The position numbers and the translations under genes were made by a program. From the UHGV virus genome UHGV-0159554: a stretch of DNA of 41,863 nucleotides, one strand, 5' to 3'. The notes beneath the pieces were generated by a model. It saw only the letters and a list, made by a program, of their open reading frames with translations. It had not been told where the DNA came from and ran no database searches. The stretch comes from a virus. Below, piece after piece: positions 25,608-34,449 of this stretch; position 1 is the stretch's first letter, and the number at the start of each line of letters is the position of its first letter.

Positions 25608-27131
25608 TCAATCCTCCCAGTTCAGGTAAAGTGTGAGGGAGGGGGGAGTATCACGGTCAAGACGGAGGTAATCGATCCTCCGCAGGATGGTTTTGAGCAT
25701 CCGGTTCTTTTCCAGGGCGGAATCCAGGTATAAGTAGGTATCCAGTACCGACTGTATCCTGGGGATCATGGCAGCCGCCCGCGCCTGTTTGTGTTGTATC
25801 TCATCCCGATTGGTGGTCAGTTGGGCCAGTGTCTCCTCCGTTTCGGCGAGCTGCTGTTCCAAATGGGTGCGTCGGGAAGTAAATGTACTCTTGTCATAGA
25901 TGCCCTGCTCCAGCAGGTCAAACAGATTGTCCAGCTGACGCTGGAGGCGTTCCTGTTCCCGCTTGAGCTGGGTGAGCTGCTGCTCAATGGTGGTTATCTC
26001 ATGGTGGATCACGGTCCTTTCCGATTCGGTTTTCTGAAACTCCGACAGGATCTGTCCCAACGAGGCGATCAGCTGCAGTTCCAGTTCACTGATATCGGTG
26101 TACTGACAGGGGCAGCCGGGAGTTACACAGTAGATAGAACCGCCCCGGGCATTGGTCTGCCGCTTGACGGCATAGCCGCAGAGCTGGCATTTCATCAGCC
26201 CGGAAAAAGGATTCTGGGGTGTGTATTTCTTTGGCGTATTCACCAGGGCCGAGCTTTTGACCTTCTCGGCCGCCTGATACCACCGCTCCTCGGAGATCAG
26301 CCCATCATGCAGGCCGTCGATGAGGGTGTATTCGCCAAATGCCTTGACGGGACGGATCACCTTTTGAATTCCATCCTCAAAGATTTTGACCTTTGGTCGA
26401 TATCCCATCTTTATTTTACCCATATAAACAGGATTTGACAAGATTTTTAGGATATTTGTGGCAGTCCAGAAATGATTTTTTTGGGTGCGATAGCCGGAAT
26501 TGTTGAGGACGGTGGCCAGATCACCGGTGCCCATCTCGCTGGAACTGAGATAGAGGTCGTAAATAAGCCGCACAGTGTCGGCATCGGCATTGGGGACCAG
26601 AGTGTAGCCCTTCTGATCCGGCAGCTTCTGTTTATCATATCCGAAGGGAGGAACACCGCCGATGTATTTGCCCTGCTTGGCCGAGGCTTCCCGTCCCCGG
26701 ATGAGCCGGCGATTGATCGTCTTCAGCTCCCGGCGGGACATGTACAGGCCAAACTCAAAATATTCCTCGTCAAATTCATCGTTTGGATCATAGACCTTCA
26801 TCGGGGTGACGATCTTGGTGCCGCTGTACTGGAAGGCCTTGGCCACCATGCCCTGATCCTGTGTGTCGCCTCGGGCCAGACGCTCGATCTCCACCACCAG
26901 CACACCGTCCCAGTCGCCGGCGCTGACTTCCCGGAGCAGCTGCTGCATCACTGGACGGCCGGCAATGCTGTCGCCGGATACCACCTCCCGGTAGATGGCA
27001 GTCACATTCAGCCCCAGGCGTTTGGCAGTCTCCCGCAGCAACATCTCGTGCCGGGCCAGTACATCCTCATCCGCCTGTCCGGGGTGATCGCTGTCCTTTC
27101 GGGATTTGCGCAGATACATACAATAGGGCAT
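25608..27131 (-). CDS. Large serine recombinase (integrase)
   Basis: YLRKS catalytic motif, ERLARGD, PPFGY, CxxC zinc ribbon, coiled coil. Confidence 0.95.
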   Translation of the reverse strand: MPYCMYLRKSRKDSDHPGQADEDVLARHEMLLRETAKRLGLNVTAIYREVVSGDSIAGRPVMQQLLREVSAGDWDGVLVVEIERLARGDTQDQGMVAKAFQYSGTKIVTPMKVYDPNDEFDEEYFEFGLYMSRRELKTINRRLIRGREASAKQGKYIGGVPPFGYDKQKLPDQKGYTLVPNADADTVRLIYDLYLSSSEMGTGDLATVLNNSGYRTQKNHFWTATNILKILSNPVYMGKIKMGYRPKVKIFEDGIQKVIRPVKAFGEYTLIDGLHDGLISEERWYQAAEKVKSSALVNTPKKYTPQNPFSGLMKCQLCGYAVKRQTNARGGSIYCVTPGCPCQYTDISELELQLIASLGQILSEFQKTESERTVIHHEITTIEQQLTQLKREQERLQRQLDNLFDLLEQGIYDKSTFTSRRTHLEQQLAETEETLAQLTTNRDEIQHKQARAAAMIPRIQSVLDTYLYLDSALEKNRMLKTILRRIDYLRLDRDTPPSLTLYLNWED

Positions 27132-27242
27132 TGTTTCGGCTCCTTTCTGATTCTCTTGATAGACAGTATACCACAGGAAGGGCGTTTCTGTACCCCTCCC
27201 GAAAAAAATTCCGGCCCGAGTGGGGCCGGAAAGGGGAGTTGC

Positions 27243-27920
27243 TTAATAGCACTTCTTGCAGGCTTCGTATCCCATGGAGATGGCTTTGTCCCGGTCGATG
27301 GGGGAAGCATGCTTGGTATTGCCGCAGTTGGGCTTACTGTGGTACTTACTGCCGGTAGCGGTGATGTAAACCTGTCCCGAGGTAAGGGGTGCCGAATCCT
27401 GTGCAGCGTTGTATCCATTCTGGGGCTTGGAGGAACTGGAAGATCCCCGGCTCCCGGATCCGCTGCTTCCGGCTGCGCTGGAACTACTGCTGCTTGTGGC
27501 AGGCTTACTGGTTGTTTCCGGCACGCTGCTGGAGGGTTGTGTTGTTGACGGAATCGAATGATCGGTCTCAGCAGCGGGCTTGCTGCTGGCGGCAGAGGAA
27601 CTCGAACTGCTGCTCACGGCGGGCTTGCTGGCCACCGGTGTGCTGCTGGAAGGCTGCTCCGGCGCCTGACTGGAGACAGCCGGTGGTGTACTGGACACCG
27701 GCGCCGAAGAACTGTTTTCCGATTCGCTGTTCACTTCCGGGGCCGAACTTTCCTCCTCCCGGTGGGCTGAGCTTTCGGGTTCACTCTCCTGTACCTGGCT
27801 GATGCTTGCATCCGTTTCCCGGACGGAGCTGCTGTCCTCACTGTCACTGCTGCATCCGGTGGCCGTCACCGACAGCATCATTGCCGCAGCCAGCAGAAGG
27901 GATATGAGTTTGGTTTTCAT
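27243..27920 (-). CDS. Lipoprotein with Ser-rich linker and C-terminal Cys/His metal-binding domain
   Basis: Signal peptide with TATGC lipobox; VYITATGSKYH...C...CKKC. Confidence 0.8.
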   Translation of the reverse strand: MKTKLISLLLAAAMMLSVTATGCSSDSEDSSSVRETDASISQVQESEPESSAHREEESSAPEVNSESENSSSAPVSSTPPAVSSQAPEQPSSSTPVASKPAVSSSSSSSAASSKPAAETDHSIPSTTQPSSSVPETTSKPATSSSSSSAAGSSGSGSRGSSSSSKPQNGYNAAQDSAPLTSGQVYITATGSKYHSKPNCGNTKHASPIDRDKAISMGYEACKKCY

Positions 27921-27944
27921 AGCGGGTCAGTCCTTTCGAGAAAG

Positions 27945-28406
27945 TTATTTGAATACTCGTTCTTGGTACTCATTCCAGCATTCGGTGATTTTGTCGTCGT
28001 CATATTCCACAAGGACAGTTTTTTGATCACCATACAGGGTATTCAGATTTAAGATCTCCGGTATTTCGTTTTCTCCCCAGTAGCAAACAACGCGACCGTC
28101 TGCCACGGAACCATCTGATAAATTGGCATAGTAGATATAATATCCGCCGATGCCGAGGTCTTCATATTCTTCTTCTGAATATAAGTCCTGATATTTTGAA
28201 TATCCACACCACTCAATGCTTTGATCCAGCACAAACAGTCCCTGATCACTCAGGTAGTCATGCATATACTCAGAAATCTGATCACACTTGGATTCGCTCA
28301 TTTGTACATTATCCACTGAAGAATATTTGCTTCCACTGCAACCTGCCATCAGCGTACTAATTAGAATTGCAGAAGAAACAGAGATGAGCATTGACTTTAA
28401 CTTCAT
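27945..28406 (-). CDS. Acidic lipoprotein
   Basis: Signal peptide with LMAGC lipobox. Confidence 0.8.
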   Translation of the reverse strand: MKLKSMLISVSSAILISTLMAGCSGSKYSSVDNVQMSESKCDQISEYMHDYLSDQGLFVLDQSIEWCGYSKYQDLYSEEEYEDLGIGGYYIYYANLSDGSVADGRVVCYWGENEIPEILNLNTLYGDQKTVLVEYDDDKITECWNEYQERVFK

Positions 28407-28534
28407 AATAAATCCTCCTCAGATAATTTAATACTCGCACCAATATCTGGCGTTTTCCCCATTATACCACGGATTTCGACAAAATACTGGATTTTTGCTA
28501 AAAAAAATTGATAGAATTTTGTCTGATATACCAC

Positions 28535-28563
28535 TTGTCAAATGAAAACATTTGTTCTACAAT
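28535..28563 (+). promoter_or_regulatory. Promoter with LexA/SOS-box-like site
   Basis: TTGTCA-17-TACAAT; AAAC-ATTT-GTTC at 28546-28557 (GAAC-N4-GTTT on minus strand). Confidence 0.65.
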
Positions 28564-28602
28564 GGAATTAAGAGATATTTCTAAAGATAAGGGGGATATT
28601 GG

Positions 28603-28761
28603 ATGGTTGATTCTAAAAAGCCGCCGGAAACACCAAAGGATCGCGCTATCCGAAACATCAATGACATACTTCGTCGTAATGATGAGCAGTATTCCAACTG
28701 GTTGCTTCGCTATGCGTTAAGTTTGGAACGCACAATGGATCGGGAAAAGAATAGAAAATAA
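28603..28761 (+). CDS. 52-aa protein, candidate SOS-induced antirepressor
   Basis: MVDSKKPPETPKDRAIRNINDILRRNDEQYSNWLLRYALSLERTMDREKNRK; AGGGGG RBS; convergent with repressor. Confidence 0.6.
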   Translation: MVDSKKPPETPKDRAIRNINDILRRNDEQYSNWLLRYALSLERTMDREKNRK

Positions 28762-28791
28762 AAGTGCCAGGGCATTAGCCCTGGCATTTTT
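28761..28791. terminator. Bidirectional terminator
   Basis: TGCCAGGGC-atta-GCCCTGGCA flanked by A and T tracts. Confidence 0.8.
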
Positions 28792-29155
28792 ATTTTCCGG
28801 CAATTTCTTCTATCAGGTTTCGGACAATTTGTTTATGCTCCTCTGGCAAATACCAGTAGGCTTTTAACATCCGAACAACAAACTCATCGCGATTTACTTG
28901 AATTTGTGAGAGGATGTCCTCAAGTTCCTGATCAGTATCCTTTATAAGATATGGTTGCCCTTCTCCTGTGAACATCCAGTTTTGATCTATGCCAAATACC
29001 CGGCAGATCGACAAAAGGATAGCATCAGATGGAGTGCGAATATTGTTTTCGTACCCAGTTACCGTATTTCCTTTTATGCCAATCCGAGCGCCGAATTGTG
29101 CTTGGGTCAAGTTATTGTGCTTTCGCACCGCCTTGATTCGTTCGTGCAGCTCCAA
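28790..29155 (-). CDS. CI-like XRE repressor (no S24 peptidase domain)
   Basis: RIKAVRK..LTQAQFG..IG...YE...P, WMFTGEG; divergent from early operon. Confidence 0.9.
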   Translation of the reverse strand: MELHERIKAVRKHNNLTQAQFGARIGIKGNTVTGYENNIRTPSDAILLSICRVFGIDQNWMFTGEGQPYLIKDTDQELEDILSQIQVNRDEFVVRMLKAYWYLPEEHKQIVRNLIEEIAGK

Positions 29156-29178
29156 TATGATTCACCTCTCTATATTAG

Positions 29179-29269
29179 ATTATAGAAAATAAAACTCGCA
29201 TTGTCAATATTTTAGAGAAAAAAGTACTTGACATAACTCTCAATGAGATTTACAATAGTCTCATAGAGA
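29179..29269. promoter_or_regulatory. Divergent lysis/lysogeny promoters with three operator-like sites
   Basis: Minus TTGACA-17-TATAAT (29207-29179); plus TTGACA-17-TACAAT (29228-29256); TCGCATTGTCA 29195, TCTCAATGAGA 29238, TCTCATAGAGA 29259. Confidence 0.8.
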
Positions 29270-29277
29270 GAATCGAG

Positions 29278-29463
29278 GTGAAAGAGAATATGGTAAAAGA
29301 GGATAGGTCCAAAGTCACTGATTTGCAATGGATTGGAAATCAGTTTGATAAGATGAGTGAGTGTCAGAAAATGTACATAGCGGGTGTATTGGGTGCCTTG
29401 ACAGCGGAAAATGCCCGCAAGGCAGAGGCCCAGGGGGAAAGAGCGCATAGGGAGGCGAGGTAA
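29278..29463 (+). CDS. First early gene, hypothetical
   Basis: Directly after the rightward promoter. Confidence 0.65.
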   Translation: MKENMVKEDRSKVTDLQWIGNQFDKMSECQKMYIAGVLGALTAENARKAEAQGERAHREAR

Positions 29464-29483
29464 ATTGCTTGGGTCGGAATACA

Positions 29484-30005
29484 CTATTCGAAAATACTTC
29501 TTCGGTGAGCCCACTCCGCAGGTAGTTGCAGTGACTTTTCAATTAGCTTACCACGATTGGTTGAAATTAGAAAAGTCAGATGAGTGGCACTGCTTTTTGG
29601 AAGCTCTTGAAGATTTTCAAAGAGAATAAACTCACTGACTGCGTTCAATGCCTGTATTTGGATGGGAAGTGAAGCAGAACGCTGAATATCAACCCCTAAA
29701 ATTTCTTTCCCGCTTTTTCTGACATTTTCATAAATGATTTTTGAAGCAGTGGTACACTTTATAGTTCTGTCGTTTATTATTACAGAAATATTGGTGATTG
29801 AAATGGGCAACTTGGAGTTATTTACAAATAACATATTCAAAAATGTAGTTTCTTCAAATGACTTTATGTCATAGATACTTACTTTCAAGTTTACACGATT
29901 GCTGTGCAGAGTATAGATCCAAGCTGTCAATGACATGATAAATCCTAAGATTCCAGCAATATCAACTAAATTCTCCAAGGTCAAAGATTTCAGTAATTCA
30001 AGCAC
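29484..30005 (-). CDS. AT-rich membrane-anchored hypothetical protein
   Basis: N-terminal TM segment, 173-aa ORF. Confidence 0.7.
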   Translation of the reverse strand: MLELLKSLTLENLVDIAGILGFIMSLTAWIYTLHSNRVNLKVSIYDIKSFEETTFLNMLFVNNSKLPISITNISVIINDRTIKCTTASKIIYENVRKSGKEILGVDIQRSASLPIQIQALNAVSEFILFENLQELPKSSATHLTFLISTNRGKLIEKSLQLPAEWAHRRSIFE

Positions 30006-30025
30006 TTTGTTATCCTTTCAACACT

Positions 30026-30424
30026 TCATTTTTGTTTTAGCAGTAAACTGTCCAAGTGCTGCTGCAAGTCCTGAATGATAACATTGAGTGCATCTGGAAT
30101 TTTTTCAAAGTTTTCAGAATAAAGACGATAGTTTAGCGCTTTCATAAGTTCTTTTGCATTCTCCGGCGCATAAAAATATGCCAATGCATAACATCCCATA
30201 TATCTTTGTTTATTTGTTTCGCTGGGCTGAGCGATGTACTCACCAGCAGCACATAAATAGGATTCGAAAATTTTTCTCAAATGTTCAATGTTCTCTCTTT
30301 TTATTTGAGCTTCTCGTTCCTTTTCTGTGAATTTTTGATTTATGCGTGAAGTAATAGCAGGGGCAAAGAGACCAGCAATGGAAACAATACCTGCCAAAAG
30401 GTAGGGTAGAAGAATTTCCAACAT
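30026..30424 (-). CDS. AT-rich membrane-anchored hypothetical protein
   Basis: N-terminal TM segment then helical domain. Confidence 0.7.
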   Translation of the reverse strand: MLEILLPYLLAGIVSIAGLFAPAITSRINQKFTEKEREAQIKRENIEHLRKIFESYLCAAGEYIAQPSETNKQRYMGCYALAYFYAPENAKELMKALNYRLYSENFEKIPDALNVIIQDLQQHLDSLLLKQK

Positions 30425-30489
30425 AATTTCACATCCTTTTTTCTCAATTCTACCACAGGGGAGACAAATAAGAAAGGAGGTGCATAGAG

Positions 30490-30735
30490 GTGCGTATGAA
30501 AAAGGACTTGAGATGGATCCGCTTTACTTTGGAGGATGAGGCTGATCTGGTTCTGTTCTTTGAACATGACCGATTTTGGAACATTTCGGGTGTCGAACTG
30601 TTTCAGAATTACAAAACGCCGGATGGCCTGTGTCCCAAAAGGATCCCAATAAAAAACATACGCCCAAGGCTCGGGAGAGACAAGGAGTTCCGAGCAAAGG
30701 TGCGTATGTATTGGGAGAGGCTGACCAGCTGGTAA
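30490..30735 (+). CDS. Hypothetical protein
   Basis: AAGGAGG RBS. Confidence 0.6.
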   Translation: MRMKKDLRWIRFTLEDEADLVLFFEHDRFWNISGVELFQNYKTPDGLCPKRIPIKNIRPRLGRDKEFRAKVRMYWERLTSW

Positions 30736-30886
30736 TGGACCAGAACTGCACCAAATAAAAACGCCGCTCCCGGGAATGCAACCGGAAAGCGGCAAAGGAA
30801 AGATTTATCGTCTATATTTTAGCATATCCTGCCAGAAAATGCAATACATAAGGTCCGCTCAATTATAGCCCATAGAGAAAGGAAAA

Positions 30887-31066
30887 ATGAAAATGAAAGT
30901 CCAAACAGGGTTGAGAATACCGGAAGAACGGTATACAGAACTTCAATCATTGGCAAATGAGATAGGGGTGTCGACCAATGCTCTGTTGTTGATGTTGATA
31001 GATCTGGGCCTATCTGTTCAAAAAGGAAGGTTTATCGTTCGTCAGGAACCCGAACAGGGCCGTTAA
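30887..31066 (+). CDS. Arc-like ribbon-helix-helix protein
   Basis: MKMKVQTGLRIPEERYTELQSLANEIGVSTNALL; AAAGGA RBS. Confidence 0.7.
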   Translation: MKMKVQTGLRIPEERYTELQSLANEIGVSTNALLLMLIDLGLSVQKGRFIVRQEPEQGR

Positions 31067-31211
31067 TTTGTTCGTACTCATCTACATATTTTTGAACAAT
31101 GTATTCGATGAGATTGTTCAGTGATCTTTGCTCACTTGATGAAATCACTTTGAGTTTTTCATAAAGAGGTTCATTCAGTCGTAGCCCAGTTTGAATTTTG
31201 GATGTTGCCAT
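31032..31211 (-). CDS. Arc-like ribbon-helix-helix protein
   Basis: MATSKIQTGLRLNEPLYEKLKVISSSEQRSLNNLIEYIV; AAGGAG RBS. Confidence 0.78.
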   Translation of the reverse strand: MATSKIQTGLRLNEPLYEKLKVISSSEQRSLNNLIEYIVQKYVDEYEQINGPVRVPDER

Positions 31212-31233
31212 CGTTATCACTCCTTTATCACTA

Positions 31234-31312
31234 TGTTAGCAAAACTCTTATTGACTTTCTACTCACACAGTGCTAACATAATTGTATAAAATAATGTTAG
31301 CACTATGCTAAC
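31234..31312. promoter_or_regulatory. Divergent promoter region with four TGTTAGCA/TGCTAAC(A) sites
   Basis: Sites at 31234, 31271, 31295, 31306; TTGACT-17-TAACAT at 31251-31279. Confidence 0.7.
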
Positions 31313-31328
31313 GAAAGGAGCGAATACA

Positions 31329-31532
31329 ATGATATCTAAAATAGAGAATGGCTATGTTCAAGGTAAAGTTGACCTGACGGCGAAGGAGTTGGAAAGGTTG
31401 GAGGAGTTGATGGATCAACTCCAAACCTTGAGTCGTGAAGAGCAGATTTATGCTCTGGGTTTTGTAAAAGGGATGTGTTGTGCAAATGGCCTTATGGAAA
31501 AAGAGAAACATTCCCTTTCTGCCCAGTCATAG
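31329..31532 (+). CDS. Hypothetical early protein
   Basis: AAAGGAG RBS. Confidence 0.65.
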   Translation: MISKIENGYVQGKVDLTAKELERLEELMDQLQTLSREEQIYALGFVKGMCCANGLMEKEKHSLSAQS

Positions 31533-31574
31533 GACAGGCCCTCGAATGGATATGATACTGCGAGGTGATATTTT

Positions 31575-31781
31575 ATGGCGATCATTCGCACCATTGAAAC
31601 CAAATACGGCCCCTGCATGGTGGACGACACCTATATGACCCGGGATCCCGAGGAGGTCCAGCGGGGCCGGAAGCAGGCGTATGAATTCTGCCTGCGGGCC
31701 ATTATGAACCTGCCGGAGGAACGCCGGGAAGTCTATGATGTGTTCATCCGCCGCAAGTATGGAGAGGAGGCAGCCCATTGA
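31575..31781 (+). CDS. Hypothetical early protein
   Basis: GAGGTG RBS; operon packing. Confidence 0.65.
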   Translation: MAIIRTIETKYGPCMVDDTYMTRDPEEVQRGRKQAYEFCLRAIMNLPEERREVYDVFIRRKYGEEAAH

Positions 31782-31981
31782 AACAGAAAACAGCACCGGC
31801 CGTTCACCAGTATACCGGCAGCGTCGAGCTGATCCGCCGGGGCGGTGGCTACTATATTTACAAGGATGGGGAGAAGTATCTGGGCCCCATGCTGCCCGGG
31901 GATGCAGCCATTGCCTTTGCCAGCGTGCATGAGGTGATGGCCCGGCACTGGGTAGAGGCCCAGGAGATGCCGGCGGACTGA
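31778..31981 (+). CDS. Hypothetical early protein
   Basis: 4-nt overlap with previous gene. Confidence 0.6.
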   Translation: MKQKTAPAVHQYTGSVELIRRGGGYYIYKDGEKYLGPMLPGDAAIAFASVHEVMARHWVEAQEMPAD

Positions 31982-32008
31982 CCATCCCCGGCGGGAGGTG
32001 TAAAAGCA

Positions 32009-32221
32009 ATGAGAAGAAAGATCACCATACATAGATGGCTTGCCGGGGCCAGCCTGTTTCTGGCCTATGGCCTGGTGGGCCGGCTGGATGTCACCGGCGA
32101 AGCGGTGACGCTGTCCCAGGCCCTGCTGCTGTTCGGCTGCATCCTGTCCTTTGGGCTGAATGCCTGGTTGGGCGGGCTGATGGAAGCGGACAGGCCCCGC
32201 CGGCGGCGAGGTGGAAAATGA
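32009..32221 (+). CDS. Small two-TM membrane protein
   Basis: GGAGG RBS; two hydrophobic segments. Confidence 0.65.
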   Translation: MRRKITIHRWLAGASLFLAYGLVGRLDVTGEAVTLSQALLLFGCILSFGLNAWLGGLMEADRPRRRRGGK

Positions 32222-32418
32222 TCCTCTATCACTGCCGGGGCGTCACGCTGGAGCAGGAGGATGGAACATACCGGGTAACAGAAAACGGCTCCGAACATTC
32301 GGAGCCGTTTGAAACACCCGAGGAAGCCGCCGTCCACTTCTGCGAAACACTGGAATGTGTCATGCTCCGCCGCATCAAAGAGATGCGCAAAAGGGAAGAA
32401 AGCCGCCCGGCCCCGTAA
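32218..32418 (+). CDS. Hypothetical protein
   Basis: ATGA overlap; MILYHCRGVTLEQEDG... Confidence 0.6.
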   Translation: MILYHCRGVTLEQEDGTYRVTENGSEHSEPFETPEEAAVHFCETLECVMLRRIKEMRKREESRPAP

Positions 32419-32523
32419 CGGAGACCGCCGGGTCCGGCGGGTGGAAAGTCTGGCGCTGCTGCGCTTTTTCCGCCTTGGTATAGCTATTACCTTATCGACA
32501 AAAACGAGGGGAGAGAAAAAACG

Positions 32524-33267
32524 ATGGCCGGGTATCTGCAAAAGACATACGAGGCAGGGCCGATGAAGATCGTCACCAAATATTTCTCCTCCCGGTATGG
32601 GAGCCGGGGAGGCAGCCGGGAAGATTGGAGCCGCCCCACCCCGGAGAAGGTGGCAGAACTCAACGAACGCCGTTCGGAGTTCAAGCTCTGGCTGCTTCTG
32701 CTGCAGAACTTCCGCCCGGGGGACCTGCACCTGGTGCTCACCTACCGCCGGGAAAACCGCCCGAAGGAGATCAGCCTCCTGAAAAAGGATATGCAGGTCT
32801 TTCTCCGAAAATGCCGGGCCCTCTATCGGAAACAGGGGAAGGTGTTCAAATACATCTGGGTGTGCGAGTACGAGAGTACGGCGCCGCATTTCCACCTCAT
32901 TGCCCCGCAGATCGACCCGAAGTTTCTGGCTGAACTGTGGCCCCATGGGAACATCCGTCCCAGCTATCTGTATGCCGAGGGCAACTTCAAGCCGCTGGCG
33001 CATTATCTCATCAAGGAGACCCGCCGGACCTTTCGGGACAAGCTGGTGAGCGGCCGGCGGTGGAACCCCTCAAAGAATTTGGAAAAGTACCGGGAGGAGA
33101 CCCGGGAGGTGGGGCATCGGAGCTGGACAAAGGCCCCCAAAGCGCCCCGGGGCTACCTGCTGTTGGGGGAGGTGCAGGAGGGGGTGCACGAGCTGTTCGG
33201 CACGCCCTATCAGTATTACGAACTGCTCCGGCTCACCCCGGCGAAAGGAGGACGGAAACGCGAATGA
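32524..33267 (+). CDS. HUH-superfamily rolling-circle replication initiator
   Basis: Motif I LVLTY, motif II PHFHLI, motif III LAHYLIKE. Confidence 0.8.
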   Translation: MAGYLQKTYEAGPMKIVTKYFSSRYGSRGGSREDWSRPTPEKVAELNERRSEFKLWLLLLQNFRPGDLHLVLTYRRENRPKEISLLKKDMQVFLRKCRALYRKQGKVFKYIWVCEYESTAPHFHLIAPQIDPKFLAELWPHGNIRPSYLYAEGNFKPLAHYLIKETRRTFRDKLVSGRRWNPSKNLEKYREETREVGHRSWTKAPKAPRGYLLLGEVQEGVHELFGTPYQYYELLRLTPAKGGRKRE

Positions 33268-33680
33268 CCTACAACGAGATCGACAAGCTGGCCCAGGATG
33301 CCGCCAGTAAATTGGACAAGGGGGCGGATCTTGGCACCGTCTATGCGTATCACGCCCTGCGGGAGGTGTACGAGCTGTACCGCTGCGGGAAAAAGCCCCG
33401 GGAACAGGCGGAACGGGACCGGCGGTTGATCGCCCATGCCTACCGCCGGTGGGAGCAGGATATGGAGCGGCACTTTGCGCTCTGCCGGGAGAGGAACGAA
33501 CAGCTGCTCCGGGCCGGAACGCTGCGGTCGGAGCTGATGAAGGGGCTGGGGCACCGCCCGGCGGAGGAGCTGCTGGGTATCGCCTGCGCCTGTATCAGCG
33601 CCATGGCGGGAGAGGAGACGCTGGCCCGCCGCTGCCGTCAGATCTATGGCGGTACGGATAGCGGGGAGGTGGTGGCATGA
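33264..33680 (+). CDS. Hypothetical protein
   Basis: ATGA overlap with Rep; AAGGAGG RBS. Confidence 0.65.
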   Translation: MTYNEIDKLAQDAASKLDKGADLGTVYAYHALREVYELYRCGKKPREQAERDRRLIAHAYRRWEQDMERHFALCRERNEQLLRAGTLRSELMKGLGHRPAEELLGIACACISAMAGEETLARRCRQIYGGTDSGEVVA

Positions 33681-33835
33681 CGCCGAAAAAGAACCGGTAC
33701 GAGACCTGCATCCGCTGCGGCCGGCGCTGGAATGTGAGCGTGAGAGCGCCGGAGAGAGGAGCATATATCTGTCCACACTGCCGGGGAAAGGAGAGAAGAA
33801 GGGATGGAGCGCAAAAAGACTCCTCCGCCCACTGA
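33677..33835 (+). CDS. Small zinc-ribbon protein
   Basis: TCIRCGRRWN...YICPHC; GGAGG RBS. Confidence 0.65.
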   Translation: MTPKKNRYETCIRCGRRWNVSVRAPERGAYICPHCRGKERRRDGAQKDSSAH

Positions 33836-34283
33836 GGAGCAGCTGGCGAAGATCCGCAGCCTGGCGGACGGCCGCTCCAAGAAGGCCATCGCACTGGAGA
33901 CCGGCGTCTCCAACTGGTGGGTGAGAAAGGCCCTGCCGGGCTATCGGGTCACCGCCCGGAGCACCGGGAAACCGGAGACGCTGAGACAGCAGAGCGGCTG
34001 CCGACACTATGACTGCATCTATTCCATCGTCCTGAGTGGATACCGGGCCTGTGATTACTACGCCCGGAACGGCTGCCCGAAACCTTACCCGGCGGCGGAG
34101 TGCCCGGGATATTACGAGGAGCGGCCCCGAAAGATCATCCGGCAGCATCAGTGCGGCAATTGCGCCCACGCTGCGGAAGCTCCGGACGGCCTGATCTGTG
34201 GATGCCCGGGCAGCCGGGAGTTTGAGCGGCCGGTGGACTATGATCACCTGTGCCGGTATTGGAGGAAAGACGATGGAGTATAA
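33804..34283 (+). CDS. HTH plus Cys-rich protein
   Basis: SKKAIALETGVSNWWVRK; multiple Cys motifs. Confidence 0.65.
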   Translation: MERKKTPPPTEEQLAKIRSLADGRSKKAIALETGVSNWWVRKALPGYRVTARSTGKPETLRQQSGCRHYDCIYSIVLSGYRACDYYARNGCPKPYPAAECPGYYEERPRKIIRQHQCGNCAHAAEAPDGLICGCPGSREFERPVDYDHLCRYWRKDDGV

Positions 34284-34449
34284 CTACAAACTGCAGACCT
34301 GCACCCGGTGCGGGATGGTATGGAACACCGGCCATACTGTGCCGGTGACAGGGAATTATATCTGCCCCCACTGCACAAAGCAGATGGAGAGGGGCAAGGG
34401 AGGAGAAAAGGGTCATGCTGTATGCGGTCGTAACGATAGCGGGGAATGA
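34273..34449 (+). CDS. Small zinc-ribbon protein, paralogue of 33677..33835
   Basis: TCTRCGMVWN...YICPHC; GGAGG RBS. Confidence 0.65.
   Translation: MEYNYKLQTCTRCGMVWNTGHTVPVTGNYICPHCTKQMERGKGGEKGHAVCGRNDSGE

Noticed and set aside
27430..27850. GCT/GCTGCT-rich low-complexity DNA as a repeat element
   Set aside because: Explained by the Ser/Ala/Pro-rich linker of the lipoprotein
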